Source of the DNA: Squalus acanthias
Lineage: Eukaryota
Length of the DNA stretch: 64,000 bases
Assembly (NCBI GenBank): GCA_030390025.1
Contig: JASTWF010000048.1
Span: 744,001 to 808,000 of the forward strand
Direction: 5' to 3'
Shown here: positions 1 to 12,744 of the stretch, piece after piece
How positions within the stretch are numbered: position 1 is the stretch's first letter
Layout: every line of letters begins with the position of its first letter
Notes under the pieces: model-generated
The model's database searches: none
Told to the model about the DNA's origin: nothing
The model's input: the letters and a program-made list of their open reading frames with translations, nothing else
Program-made: the position numbers and the translations under genes

Positions 1-1199
1 CAATTCCTCCCACCCCGCCTCCTGTCAGGACTGTATTCCATTCTCCCAGTTTCTCCTTCTCCGCCGCATCTGCTCTGACGATGCCACCTTCCATACCAGT
101 GCTTCCGACATGTCTTCCTTTTTCCTCATACGAGGATTCCCCTCTAATGTGGTTGACACGGCCCTCGACCGTGTCCGTTCTATCTCCCGCACTTCTGCTC
201 GCACCACTGCCCCTCCCTCCCGGAACCACGATAGAGTTCCCCTTGTCCTCACCTTTCACCCCACCAGCCTCCACATTCAAAGGATCATCCTCTGATATTT
301 GCGCCACCTTCAGATTGATCCCAACACCAAACGCATCCTCCCCTCACGTCCCCTTTCAGCATTCGGCAGGGACCGCTCCCTCCGCGACACCCTTGTCCAC
401 TCCTCTATCGCCCCCAACACCCCTTCCCCTTCGCCCATCACCTTCCCTTGCAAGCACAGGAGATGCAGCACATGCCCTTATACCTCCCCACTTCCCACTG
501 TCCAGGGCCCCAAACACCCCTTCCAGGTGAAACAGCGATTTACTTGTACTGCTTGCAATTTAGTATACTGCATTCGCTGCTCACGATATTGTCTCCTCTA
601 CTTTGCGGAGACCAAACGCAGATTGGGTGACCGCTTTATGGAACACCTCCGTTCAGTCCTGAAGGGGAACCCCGAGTTTCTGCTCGCTGTCACTTTAATT
701 CACCGCTCCACTCCCACTCAGACCTCACCGTCCTTAGCCTCTTGCATTCTTTCTCGGGAGCTCAGCGTGAGCTCGAGGAATCGTACCTCATCTATCGATT
801 AGGCACTTTAGATCCTTCTGGACTCAACATAGAGTTCAACAATTTCAGATCATAACCCCGGCCCCTATCATATATATATATTTTATCCACACGTTTGTTC
901 TGTTCTACTCTCCCACATGGCAGTTATTTTTCTTTCTGCCAGCGCAATTTACACTTCATCTAGTGCCATCCTTTGTTTCTTAACCAGTCCGATTACCATC
1001 TCCTTTTGCCTTGAATATCTCGTAATGTCTCTCAATGTCTCTTAAGCTCTCCTGCCTTCTATCCTATCACAGGCCTTCCCTTTTGTTCTTTCATCCCCTC
1101 CCCCATTACCCAGCTACTACACTTCCTTAAAACTCTGTTCCATTTCCTGCTTTTTTCCAGTTCTTACGAAAGGTCATCGACCTGAATCGTTAACTCTGT
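1..1199 (+). mobile_element. Penelope-like retroelement, 3' part (RT C-terminus and GIY-YIG endonuclease), decayed; runs off the window start
   Basis: Broken ORFs with RGFPSNVVD, FPCKHRRCSTC and NLVYCIRC...LYFAETKRRLGDRFMEH (GIY-YIG-like). The second copy at 40678-42145 includes the RT motif RYIDDC. Confidence 0.85.
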
Positions 1200-1668
1200 A
1201 AATTTGTTCTTTGAGTATCGAGGTTTTAACCCTTTTCTTATCAAAAGTTTGTTTCGCCAGTGTCAATATATGTTCTTTATCAAAATCACCTTTTCAATTT
1301 GTTCTAATGATCAAAATAGCATTGTCACTCAGACATCTTGGGCGCTCCTTTTTTTCAATACTTTTCCATCAACCCTATCCTTCTGTCTTGTTATCTTGTT
1401 TATAGTTTTTCACCCCATTGGAATTTTCCATATCTCTTTCATTTCATCGCCTCCCTGGTACAAGGCCTTTATACCAAGTTCTGTTTGCTATCAAAGCTTA
1501 GTCAAAACTGCTCTTGACTCTCCTTGCTTCTGCAACCTGAACAAGTCTTAGCTTTTTAGTTACCCAGGAGTAATTAACGGTAATATTATTTGGTCAATGG
1601 CTACACTTGAATTTATATGTATATGATTCTCGTCTACTAAATATCTCTAAATATCAGCCTTTCCTACA
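1200..1668 (-). mobile_element. Remaining part of a solo LTR interrupted by the Penelope element
   Basis: Ends ...CCTACA followed by CCCT. The complete structure is visible in the paralogous copy (40458-42585), with TGTAAG...CCTACA termini and a 4-bp flanking repeat. Confidence 0.55.
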
Positions 1669-2109
1669 CCCTTGTGAATGTTACCAGTGAATCTGTCTCC
1701 AGCCTCCTTTCAGGCACTGCATTCCCGATCATAACATCTTGTTTGCATAAAAAACTGTCTCCTCACCTACCAGTTGGATGTTTTGCCAATTACCTTAAAC
1801 CTGTGCCCTCTGGTCACCGATGCTGCCGGCAGAGGAGTCAATTTCTCCTTGTCTACTTTATCACAACCGCTCTTACATTTGAACACCTCTATGAAATCTC
1901 AACTTATCGTCTGTTTTGATTCCTTCTATGAAGTTGCTAAACTACCTTCGTTTCAAGCTGCTCACCATATAGAAATACACTGATATACACTTCTTCAGTC
2001 CTAAAGGATGATCTCACACTTGCCCACAATGAATCCATCTGTCACTGTTTAGCTCACTCATTTAATGTATCTACGTCCCCTTTGAAACAGCCTTTACCAT
2101 TCTGCTCTG

Positions 2110-2750
2110 TGCACTGCCAATCAGAGAGAGACGGATTGGACTGTCAAACAGGAAGAGGGAGTCAGGGCTGCGAATCAGACAGCGCGTTGCAGGGCTGTCA
2201 GTCAGAGAGGGGAGGGGCGGAGCTGTCGATGAGAGACGGTGGCGAGCTGTCAATCAAAGACGTCTCAGCAGCTGTCAATCAGAAAGAGACGGTCGGGGCT
2301 GAAAATCAGAGAGGGGAGGGATGGATCTGTCAAACAGAGAGTGCGGGGCAGGGCTCTCAATCAGAGAGTGAGGGGTGGTGCTGCAAATCAGCGGGGGTGA
2401 CGAGTTGTCAGAGAGGGCTGGAGCGGAGCTGTCAATCAGAGAGGGGAAGGGTGGAACTGTGAATATTTACATAGGGTTACATAGGATATACGGCACAGGA
2501 ACAAGCCAAAGGAACCTCCTACCGTCTTTCCTCATCTAAATCGATCAGCATATCTCTCGATTTCATTTACCCTCATATACTTGTCTTTCCTGCACTTAAA
2601 TGCATCATGCTATTCGCTTCAAACACTCCCTGTGGAATCAGAGAGATTAGGGGTGGTCCTGTTAATCAGAGATGGGAAGGGCGGTGCTGTCAATCAGACG
2701 GTGAGGATCGGGGCAGGACTGTCAATCAGAGAGTGAGGGGCGGGGCATTG
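2110..2750. repeat. Degenerate ~24-bp tandem array (GCTGTCAATCAGAGAGGGGCGGG) upstream of the V1 leader
   Basis: Repeated CTGTCAATCAGA core with GC-box-like spacers, interrupted by a CR1 fragment at about 2460-2630. Confidence 0.8.
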
Positions 2751-2895
2751 TATATTCAGTGTTTTCTTATGAATGATAGCGATCGTGGCATTTACACGCG
2801 TTAGACCGGCCTTTCAAACAACAGTCTCAAAGCTCCCATCGCTCGGCAGCTTATAGGCCGTGGGAGTTCCGCTCTCAGACACTCTCTCGCTGACC

Positions 2896-4208
2896 ATGCG
2901 GACTAGTCTCCTGTCCTGCACGTTGCCGCTGTTTCTATTGGCGGGTAAGAAAAGCGAGAGGCCGGTGTCCCATAGAGGCCTTTGGCTCTGGCGCAGGCAT
3001 GTATTAAAATCCTTCAAAACAATTGTTCAATAATTAGAGAATAAAGAAGGAAAAGGAGAAAGAAAGAAAATCAATGAGGCAACAGCGTTGTATAATAAAT
3101 AGACTGTATCTGATCAGTGAAAAATAAAGAAGACAAATTGTGTTAAATACAGACGGGATGGGCATATAGAGAACAGGGTTATTCCTGTATTGTTTAAACC
3201 AGTGAGTGATTTTAGATTGTTGGATAGATAGATAGATAGATGAAGAGATAGATAGATAGATAGATAGATACATACATCGTTGTACAGCTCTCTCTCCCTG
3301 TGTCCTCTCTATCTTCAGTCTCTCTCTTCCCCTGTCTTAATCTCTAAATCTGCTTCGCTCTCACCATCGCTTTCCCTCTCTCTGCCTCTCTCCCATCTCT
3401 CACCCTCTCCCTCTCTCTCGCTCCGTCTCCTTCTCTCACCCTCGCTCCCTCTCTCTATCCCTCTTCTTCGTTCTCCCTCGCTCCATAGAAACATAGAAAC
3501 ATAGAATCTAGGAGCAGGAGTAGGCCATTCGGCCCGTCGAGCCTGCTCCGCCATTCAATACGATCATGGCTGATCATCCAAATCCAGTACCCTGTCCCTG
3601 CTTTTAATCCTCACAGTACACATATCCCACCCTACCCCCGTAACCCCACGTATTTAATTCCCCCTAACATATCCCATCCTATCCCCATAACCCCACACAT
3701 TTAATCCCCCCTAACACTAAGGGTCAATTTATCATAGCTCCCTCTCTCTATCGCTCTTCTTCGTTCACCCTCGCCCCCTCTCTCTATCCCTCTTCTTCGT
3801 TTTTCCTCGCTCGCACCCTACCAATTCCGCTATCCATCCGTCATTCTCCCGCTATCTATCAAGCGTTTGTAAAATGAGGAAATGTCCATTAACACCCGTG
3901 TCTTTTACAGGAGCGCAGTCCGAATCGGTTATCCAAAGGCCCAAATTTCTCACCGGTTTCCAATCGGGCTCGGTGATTGTGACATGTTTTGTACCCAAAG
4001 ACCATCCCAGAACCTACTGGTATCGACAGACTCCAAACCTGGTATGGGAGCTCCTGATCTACGCCTATCGGACGAACACACCCGAGATATCCGAGGGGTT
4101 CAAAGGGCGAGTGTCTGCAGTCAGAGGAACGGACGATTTCTACCACCTCAATCTGACCGAACTGCAGCCCATTGACACGGCTGTGTATTACTGCGCTAGC
4201 CATAGTAC
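2896..4208 (+). CDS. TRBV: TCR V segment V1, apparently intact: leader exon 2896-2944, V exon 3911-4208
   Basis: Leader MRTSLLSCTLPLFLLA|gtaag; acceptor tcttttacag; V exon GAQSESVIQRP...VTC...YWYRQ...DTAVYYCASHS; followed by a 23-RSS. Confidence 0.9.
3484..3736 (-). mobile_element. Retroposon insertion (CR1-type 3' tail, SINE-like body) in the V1 intron, absent from the V12 paralog
   Basis: Begins with reverse-strand (CATAGAAA)n tail, flanked by GCTC on both sides; missing at about 44390 in the duplicate. Confidence 0.7.
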
Positions 4209-4247
4209 CACAGCGGTACGAACACGGCGCGACTCGCTACAAAAACC
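4209..4247 (+). promoter_or_regulatory. 23-RSS of V1
   Basis: CACAGCG + 23 bp + ACAAAAACC. Confidence 0.95.
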
Positions 4248-6873
4248 TTTCTCAGATGGCGTTTGCTGTGTGAGACAGAGCTGGAAACTACAGCGGGTCA
4301 TCGGCAAGAAATACACAGAGTAAACGAACAACTAAAGTTTTCAGATCNNNNNNNNNNNNNNNNNNNNNNNNNNNNNNNNNNNNNNNNNNNNNNNNNNNNN
4401 NNNNNNNNNNNNNNNNNNNNNNNNNNNNNNNNNNNNNNNNNNNNNNNNNNNNNNNNNNNNNNNNNNNNNNNNNNNNNNNNNNNNNNNNNNNNNNNNNNNN
4501 NNNNNNNNNNNNNNNNNNNNNNNNNNNNNNNNNNNNNNNNNNNNNNNNNNNNNNNNNNNNNNNNNNTGTCTTTCATTCTGTCTGTCTGTCTATCTGTTTA
4601 TCTGTCTATCTTTGAATGATTACAACTTGTTATAAATTAATTGTAAAATGCTATATCAATGTATCCAATGTCCTTCGTTAGCAAATTATCTAAATTTGAA
4701 TCAGCAGGTTATGAGGTGGGGTAAATGAGTTAACGTCAGTGGAGAAAGTGTGGATGGTGGAATATGTGCAGGCGATAACCGTAATTTCCGATATGCCAGT
4801 GAATTATTCCTGTTATTTCCGCTATTGCAATTGCGACGAGAGAGGCGATCCTTATCACAGCATCATGGAATGATACATCACAGAAGGAGACCATTCGACC
4901 CATCGTGCCACTGCCAGCTCTGTGAAAAAGCTATCAAATGTGTGCCATTCCCCTGCGCTATACCCTATCGATCTGCAACATTCCCTCCAGGAAATATTTA
5001 ACCAATTCCCTTTGGAATGTTACCATTGAATCTGCTTTCATCACCCTTTCAGGATGAGCATTTGAGATCATAATAAACTGCTGTTTAAAAAAATGTCTCC
5101 GCATGTCACCTCTGCATGGACAGGTTGGGCCGAATGGCCTCTTTCTGTGCTGTATGTTCAATGTATTCCTTTGGTTCTTTTACCAATTACCTTATATCTG
5201 TATCCTTTGGTTACCGACCCTCCTGCCAGTGGAAGCAATTTCTCATTATTTACTCGATCAAAAGCCTTTATTATCTTGAGCAAGGGGAATGGTAGCATAT
5301 TGGTTGTGTTCCTGAATGAGTAATGCAGTAAGTCTGGACTAAAGATGCCGAGACTATGAGTTCAAATCCCACCACGGTAACAGGGGAATTTCAATTCACT
5401 TTCGTAAATAAATTTGGAATTAAAAAGCTAGTGGATTGTTGTAGAAACCCATCTGGTTCAATTAACTGCCCTCTTGCGGATCAAGAAGGCAGCTCACCAC
5501 CACATTTCTCAAGGACAATTAGAGATGGGCAATAAATGCCGGCCTTGTCAGCGACGCCCACATCCTATGAATGAAAAAAATTCACTATTACATCTCCCAT
5601 TAACATTTTCTGCTTTACGGTGAACAACCCCAGCTTCCCGAATCTCATAACTGAAGCCCCTCATCCCTGGTACCATTCTAGTAAATCGCCTCTTAACCGT
5701 CACTAATGCGAACAGCCCCATACACAAAGGAGTTAATTAATCTTAGAACCTTAAACGTGTCACGAATGTTTCATACCGTACAAAGGCGAGATGCCTCCCC
5801 GGATATGTTTGTCACTGAGACACCTGCCTCCTGACGGCAGTTACAAACGCTGTTGAAAACCGTTTACCCACTTCTCATTCAGACTCCAGGCGCCTTTTGA
5901 AGTGTTTTTTCAAAGAAACTAGAAGTTCTGCCCAGCGAAGAATTTAACCCTTTAATTCTCGTTGAGCACATGGGAACTGAAAGCTGCACTGCCTGAAAAA
6001 AGAGAAAACTTTGACTCAACAATGGTCCGTGTTTTATAGCATGATAGAATCCTACAGCACAGAGGGAGGCCAATCGGTCAGTCCAGTCCGTGCCGGCTCT
6101 TTGAAAGAGCGATCCAATTAGCCTCCCACGAGTCTCCTCCCTCCCTTCTTCCTCTCACCCTGTCAACAAACCCTTCTATTCCTTTACCCTCATGTGTTTA
6201 TCGATCTTCCCCTTAAATGCATCTGTTTTATTTCCCTCAAACATTCCCTGTGGTAGCGAGTTCCACATTCTCACCACTCTGGGTAAAGACATTTTACCTG
6301 AATTCCCTATTGGAATTATTCATGTCTATCTTACCCATATGGCCCTTTGTTTTGCGCTCTCCTATCCAATTATTCACTCACTCATGCTAATTCCCCACAG
6401 TCCTGGTTTTATCCTCTTCAAGTTTATGTCCAATTCCCTTGTGAAATTTACAAATGAATCTGTCTGCAGCACCCTTTCAGGAAGTGCTTTCCCGAAAATA
6501 ACATCTTGCTGCATGAAAAACTGTCTCCTCATCTACCAGTTGGATTTTATGACAATTAACTTAAATCTTTGCCCTCTGCTCACCGACCCTGCCCGCAGAG
6601 GAATCCATTTCTCCGTGTCTACTCTGTCACAACCGCTCTGAAATTTGAACACCTCTATTAATTCACCCAATACCGTCTGTGTTGCATCATTCCATGAAGT
6701 TGCTAAACTGCCTAAGTAATGGGATGGTGGGTGGGTTTCGCAGGAAGTGATGTGTATATATCAATGATAACCGGATGCTCCTTATTTAAACAAAAACAAC
6801 AGAGAAACGGCTTTCAGACGTGGTATTGAGCTGCACTCGTTCACACAGCGATCCCGAGTCGAATGAATAAATC

Positions 6874-7857
6874 ATGCTTCATGAAGCTCATTATCTATTC
6901 TTGATAGCTGCATTAATCCCACGTAAGGCAAAATAACAAACTTAAAAGAATAATGTATTATAATGTGAGCTGTGTTTCATTTCATTGCTTTCTTGCCACT
7001 GAGCCTGAATGCCGCGGATTCGAGTCTCACTACAGAAATTGAACAGCAAATCAAGTCTGACGCTCCCAGTGCCAGTGAATAGAGAGTGCTGCAATGTCGG
7101 AGGGGCAGTAGTGAGGGAGTGCTACACTGCCGGAGGGGCAGTACTGAAGTTGTGCTGCAGTGTCGGAGAGGCAGTACTGAGGGGATGATGCACCGTCGAA
7201 GGGGGTGTCCTGAGGTTGTGCCGCACTGTTGGAGGTTGCATCAGTCGGATGTCACGTTACTTAAAACTTCCCTCTCAGGTGGACGTATGTTAAACAATAT
7301 TGATCCCGCAAACAGACCCTAAAAAAATACCCAGTTTTCACATTGCACTTCGTGGAATCTTGCTTTGTGAAAATTGACTGTCGTGATTAGTACATTACAA
7401 GAGCGCATAAACTTAGAAAAGTTCTTCCTTGGTTGTAAAATGCTTTGGGACGTCCTGTGGTCGCAAAACATAGTGTAAAAATGTATTTATGTCATTATAT
7501 GTTGTCACTGTTCTATTCAATTATTGACGGAAATAAGAATGTAATCGATGTTCCTTTCGACAGGAATACTCGCCTCGTACGTGGAGCAGTCGCCTTCTGT
7601 CCTATCGATTGGGGCAGGAGAGTCGACCACGCTCAGATGCACGCTGACGAATACTGGCTATCCCAACATGTTCTGGTACAGACAACAACCCAACCGGGCA
7701 TTAGAAGCTCTTTTCTCTTCTGCTGGCGAAGGTGATGCTAGGAAATACACGTCCGAGTCTTTTAAGGCCGAAAGAATCAGCACTACGCTGTTTACTTTGG
7801 AACTGAGCGCCGCCTCTCCGTCTCACACCGCTGTCTATTACTGTGCTTGTAGTATCG
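6874..7857 (+). CDS. TRBV: TCR V segment V2, apparently intact: leader 6874-6922, V exon 7564-7857
   Basis: Leader MLHEAHYLFLIAALIP|gtaag; V exon ILASYVEQSP...LRC...MFWYRQ...FKAER...HTAVYYCACSI. Confidence 0.9.
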
Positions 7858-7896
7858 CACAGCGTTTGAGAAAGCGGCTCCGCAGCTACAAAAACC
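7858..7896 (+). promoter_or_regulatory. 23-RSS of V2
   Basis: CACAGCG + 23 bp + ACAAAAACC. Confidence 0.95.
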
Positions 7897-7933
7897 TGCA
7901 GCGGATGACTGGGAGGTCAGTGCTCATTTTCCG

Positions 7934-7947
7934 CCACCAGGTGGCAG
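7934..7947 (+). promoter_or_regulatory. Putative CTCF-binding element 3' of the V2 RSS
   Basis: CCACCAGGTGGCAG closely matches the CTCF core motif; the paralog at 48550 reads CCAACAGGTGGCAG. Confidence 0.6.
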
Positions 7948-9069
7948 CACTAGATGGAAGTTCAGTGGAAATTTTCTGCCTTCCAGGTCACAGCTTCATG
8001 GAATGATCCAGTACGGAAGGAGGCCATTCGGACCATCGTGCTTGTACTGGCTCTTTGAAACAGCTATCCAATTAGTCCCACTTCCCCCTGCTCTTTCGCC
8101 GTATTGCAAATTTTTCCATTTACTTATATATTTAATTCCGTTTTTAAAGTTATTATTGAATCTGCTTCCACCGCTCTTTCAGACAATGTATTCCCGATTA
8201 TAACAACTCGCTGCGTAAATAAACAATCTCCTAATCTTCCCCTCTGATTCGTTTAACAATTACTTTAAAACTGTGCCCTTTGTTTACCATCCCTTCTGCC
8301 ACTGGAAAGATTTTCTCCTTATTTAATCTAATCAAAGGTAATATGATTTTGAACACCGCTGTCAAATTTTCGCTTGTGGTTCCGTGCTCTAAGGAGAACA
8401 AACTCAACTTATCTACTCTCTCCACCTAACTTAACTTCTGCATTCCTGGTGGCAGTCGAGAGAATCTCTTCTGCGCCCTCTCTGAGGATTTGACATTAAT
8501 TTTGCTCCATTTAGTTCATATTGCAAATTGACAGCTCGATATGGAACTTCAGAGCTTTCGTTTCGCCACCAGATGCCAGCTCGAGATAGATGTTCAGTGC
8601 TTATTTCCGCCACAAGTTGGCAGCACTTGTGTCATGCGCACCTTGACGAAGTTGTTAGACGGTCGGCCCTTCTGTATGTGCAGTCGCGGCCTTTTTAATC
8701 GGCGTCATTGGCTGGAGGGATTGAGGCAGAACAGGTTTCAACACAGAGCAAGACTCAGCTCACGTTGCACAGTATCAGCGTTGGCTCAGTACGTAGCACT
8801 TTCCTCTCGGAGTGAGAAAGCCGTGGCTTGAAGTTCAACGCCTTCGTCTTAAGCCAATCATTCAGGATGACACTTCAGTGCCTGTACTAAGGCAGTGTCG
8901 CACTGTCGGAAGGGCAGTACTGAAGGAATGTTGCACGGTCGGAGGAACCATCTTAAAATCGTCTGCCCTCTCGGGTGAACAAAAAAGAAGAATGAAAGAA
9001 AGACTTGCATTTCTATTGCACTGTTCACGACGACAGCACGTCCGAAAGCGCATTACGGCCAAAGAAATA

Positions 9070-10090
9070 CATTTGAAGTATAGTCTGTTGTAACGTAGGA
9101 CACTTTGCAGACAATTTTTTGCACAGCGAGCTCCCACTAACAGCAATAAGATACATGATTCGTCAATCTTTTCAGTGCTGTTGGTTGAGTATATATATTG
9201 GCCCACGAAATCGGGGAGAATGACACTGCACATCTTCCACTAGTGTCCGTGGGCAGACGGGGCCTTGTTTTACGTCTCTTTCGAAAGAAGGCACCACCGA
9301 CAGTACAGCGCTCCCTCAGTACCACCCATCTGACAGTGCATGCGCACTCAATACTGCGCCACCGACAGTGCAACGCTCCCTCAGAACTGCCCCTCCGACA
9401 GTAAAAGCGTTCCCTTAGTACTGCCCTTCTGAGAGTGCAGCACTCCCTCAGTACTGACTTCTGACAGTGCTACGCTCGCTCAGACCTGCCCCTCCGACAT
9501 TGCAACACTCCCTCAGTACTGCGTCTCCGACAGTGCAACGATCCCTCAGTACTGCCCCTCCGACAGTGCAAAACTCCCTCAGTACTTCCCCTGCGACAGT
9601 GCAGCGCTCCATCAGTACTGCTCCTCTGACAGTGAAGCGCTCCCACATTACTGGCCCTCTGACAGTGCAGATCTCCCTCAGTACTGTCCCTCTGACAGTG
9701 CAGCCACACCTCAGTACAGCACCTCTGACAGTGCAGCACATCCTCAGTACTGCCCCTCCGAGAGTGCCGTGCTCCCTCAGTACTGCCCCTCCGACAGTGC
9801 AACGCTACCTGAATAATTCCCCTCCGATAGTGTCATGATCCCTCAGTACTTCACCTGTGACAATGCAGCGCCCCCTCAGTACAGACCGTCTGAAAGTGCA
9901 GCGCTTTCTCAGTACTGCCCCTCTGACAGTGCAGAGCTCCCTCAGTACTGCCTTTCAGACAGTGCAGAGCTCATTCAGTACGGGTGCGTGCAGTGTCGTC
10001 TTGAGTTATGAGCTTGTGTCTCTTATGTGGGGCTCGAACCCCCAGCCTTCTGATTCAGTGTCGGCAGCACTATCTGAGCCACGGCTGACA
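9070..10090 (-). mobile_element. DeuSINE (SacSINE1-like) with an internal 33-bp minisatellite expansion (about 9295-9980)
   Basis: tRNA-like head on the minus strand near 10030-10085; Deu-domain sequence; tandem CAGTACTGCCCCTCCGACAGTGCAGCGCTCCCT units. Confidence 0.75.
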
Positions 10091-10174
10091 CGTGACTTCA
10101 GTATATGACGCTTCAAATATAATCCGACACTCCGGCGGAGGAAGGACCATTCTGTCCTTGTACCGGAACTAAAC

Positions 10175-10726
10175 ATGTTTATTGAAGTGTCTTATGTAAT
10201 CTTGTCGATTGCTTTAATTTCTGGTAAGTTTAAACAATGCGCCAATCCACTAGCAGGAGTGTCGGTAAACAGAGGACACAGTATGAATGTGACTGAGGAA
10301 AGAGCTTGGGTGGTAGTGGGAGTAATGGATAGCACTTTGAAAGAGCCGATACAGGCAATATGGACAGAATGGCCTTCTTCTGTACTGTATCATTTTAACA
10401 AAACAAATCTGACTCTTTCCTCCATTTGACAGAAGTGTCTGCTTCGTTCGTTGACCAGTCGCCGCAAACTGTGTCCGTTGGCTCAGGAAAATCGGTCGTA
10501 ATGAGATGTATCCTGAGGAACACTAACTATCGCAACATGTACTGGTACCAACAAGGGACAAGCCGGGAACTCGTTGCTCTATTCCATTCAGCTGGAACCG
10601 ACCACATTTCAAATTATACCTCCGGACCGTTTAAAGCCCAGAGACCCAGCGACACCGAATTTACTCTGGAACCCACCGGAACCTCTCAGTCGGACACCGC
10701 CGTCTACTTCTGCGCGTGCAGTGATG
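10175..10726 (+). CDS. TRBV: TCR V segment V3, apparently intact: leader 10175-10223, V exon 10433-10726
   Basis: Leader MFIEVSYVILSIALIS|gtaag; V exon EVSASFVDQSP...MRC...MYWYQQ...FKAQRP...DTAVYFCACSD. Confidence 0.9.
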
Positions 10727-10765
10727 CACGGCGTGTGATAACACCGCCTCTCTGTGACAAAAACT
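10727..10765 (+). promoter_or_regulatory. 23-RSS of V3
   Basis: CACGGCG + 23 bp + ACAAAAACT. Confidence 0.85.
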
Positions 10766-11807
10766 CCCTGAACCAGAACCAGAGGAATGCGATGGTTTCA
10801 ACCGCCAGATGGTGGCGCTGTGGTCCTTCGACACCCGCGAACACCCCGAAGGGACCCTTCCGACCGTTCATTCATTCCCCGCAGATCGGGATGTTTCCCA
10901 TTTGATCCACTAGATGCTAACTTCATGTAAACATTGTGAGAATCTGGACGTTTTTAGTTGGAGAAACCACTTCTGGTCTAACTTCCAATATTTCCATTGT
11001 AGCCGAGAATTGATCGATATTTTAAAAAAAAGTTAGCTTTCATTTTGTTTGTAACATTGCTTTCCTTTCTCTCTTTCTTGCTTCTGCCTCTCTCTCTATC
11101 CATCTCTCTTCCGCTCTTGCTCTCTTTATCTCTGTCGTGTCTCTCTGTCTGTATTTCTCTCTTTCTCTCATTATCTCTCTGTTTCCCTCTATCTTGTCTC
11201 TCCAGGTGTTTTGTTCAGTCTGTCTCTCTCACTGACTCATTGTCTCTCTGTCGCTCTCATTTTTTCTACCTCCATTTCTGTGTGTCTCGTCTCTCTTTCT
11301 CTCATTCTCTCTCTGTATTTCTATGTATGTTTGTCGCCGTGTATGTCTTTCTGTCTCCCTCTGTCTTTCTCTCCCTGCCTGTCTCTCTGCCTCTCTCACC
11401 CTCTCTCTCTCACATTCTCTCTCTTTCTCTACCTCATTTCACAATTCGTTCTGAACCTCGATCTCTACACGGTAGCAGCGGTTTCATTACCGTCTCTAGA
11501 ACCTTACCTTAATTCGTTTCCTTCTAAGATCTTTCAGATCCAGATTCAGCTAGCTTTTATTTCCCGTTGTCACTTTTTAGTATGACGCCATAATAATGTT
11601 TTCAATTCAATAAATCCGACGTATAATTGTTCTTAGCCTGTTGAGTAAATATAAGCAAGAAGTTAGCACCGCAATTTGAGGAAAGTAATTTGTTACTTTC
11701 CTTTACTCTCTCTTCTGCTCCTGCCTCAGTCCCTTTCATATTCCCTGTCAACCTCTATTGTCCTCTCACGATCGATCTCCCTTAATGTTTTTAAAATAAT
11801 CTTTCAG

Positions 11808-12107
11808 ATGTTCGTTCCCAACGACTCTTCGTCCAGAGCCCGTCGGCCACCGTCCAGGTTCCAGGGGACGAAGCCGTGTTCTGCTGCGGCATCAGGCAGG
11901 GCAATATGAGTAACTATTGTTTGGCCTGGTACGTGCAGATCGTTGACCGCCTTGATTGGATCAGATCAGTTGTACTTCCTGCATTTAACTGCAGAAAAAG
12001 CTAATGAATTCTATTACGAGACTAAATATTACACTTTCACTCTTTCCCTGAAAAACACTCTGGTCAAGAACAGCGGAATATATTACTGTGGGGCCAGCGA
12101 GGATGCG
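11808..12107 (+). pseudogene. TRBV: V pseudogene V4 (frameshift, RSS split by a LINE, no leader identified)
   Basis: After acceptor ctttcag: RLFVQSPSAT...FCCGIRQGNMSNYCLAWYVQ...DWI, then in another frame FTLSLKN...SGIYYCGASED; heptamer mutated to TACAGTG. Confidence 0.85.
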
Positions 12108-12115
12108 TACAGTGT

Positions 12116-12703
12116 TCTGCGCCGAGTGTCTCACCTCCTGACTCCCCAAAGCCTTTCCAACAACTACAAGGAAAAAGTAAGGAGTGCGATGGAATACTCT
12201 CCACTTGTCTGGATGAGTGAAGATGCAACAACACTGAAAAAGCTCGACACCGTTCCAGGACAAAGCAGCCTGCTTGACTGGCACCCATTCCACCACCTTA
12301 AACATTCACTCCCTCCACTACCGGCACACAGTGCTGCAGTATGTCCCATCTACAAGATGCACAGCACCAACTGGCCGAGGCTTCTTCGGCAGCACCTCCC
12401 AAACTCGCGACCTCTACCTCCTAGAAGGAGAACTGCAGCAGGCGTATGTTTATACCACCACCTCCAAGTTCCCCTCCAAGTCACACACCATCCTGACTTA
12501 GAATTATATCGCAGATCCTTCATCTTCGCTTTGTCAAGATCCTGGAACTCCCTCCCTAACAGAACTGTGCGAGTACCTTCAGCACACGGACTGCAGAGGT
12601 TCAAGTAGGAGGCACACCACCACCTTTTCAAGGGTAATTAGGGAGGGACAATAAACGCTGCCCTTGCCAGCGATGCCCACATCCCAGAAACGAATTTTAA
12701 AAA
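12116..12703 (+). mobile_element. 5'-truncated non-LTR retrotransposon (CR1/L2 group) inserted into the V4 RSS
   Basis: ORF2 C-terminal remnant (VRSAMEYSPL...WNSLP), A-rich tail, flanked by AGTGT at 12111-12115 and 12704-12708. Confidence 0.8.
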
Positions 12704-12744
12704 AGTGTCATAAGAATTCAGGGGATCTACGCAAAAACTCGACA

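Noticed and set aside
4348-4566. ORFs spanning N runs (also 26920-27142, 39102-39245, 44971-45262)
   Set aside because: Artefacts of assembly gaps.
9295-9980. Long multi-frame ORFs (STAPPTVQRSL / GALHCRRGSTE repeats) and CRISPR-like periodicity, also at 21.5-22.3, 49.9-51.4 and 58.3-58.8 kb
   Set aside because: These are 33-bp SINE-derived tandem repeats without unique spacers. The open frames follow from unit length, and the context is eukaryotic with no cas genes.
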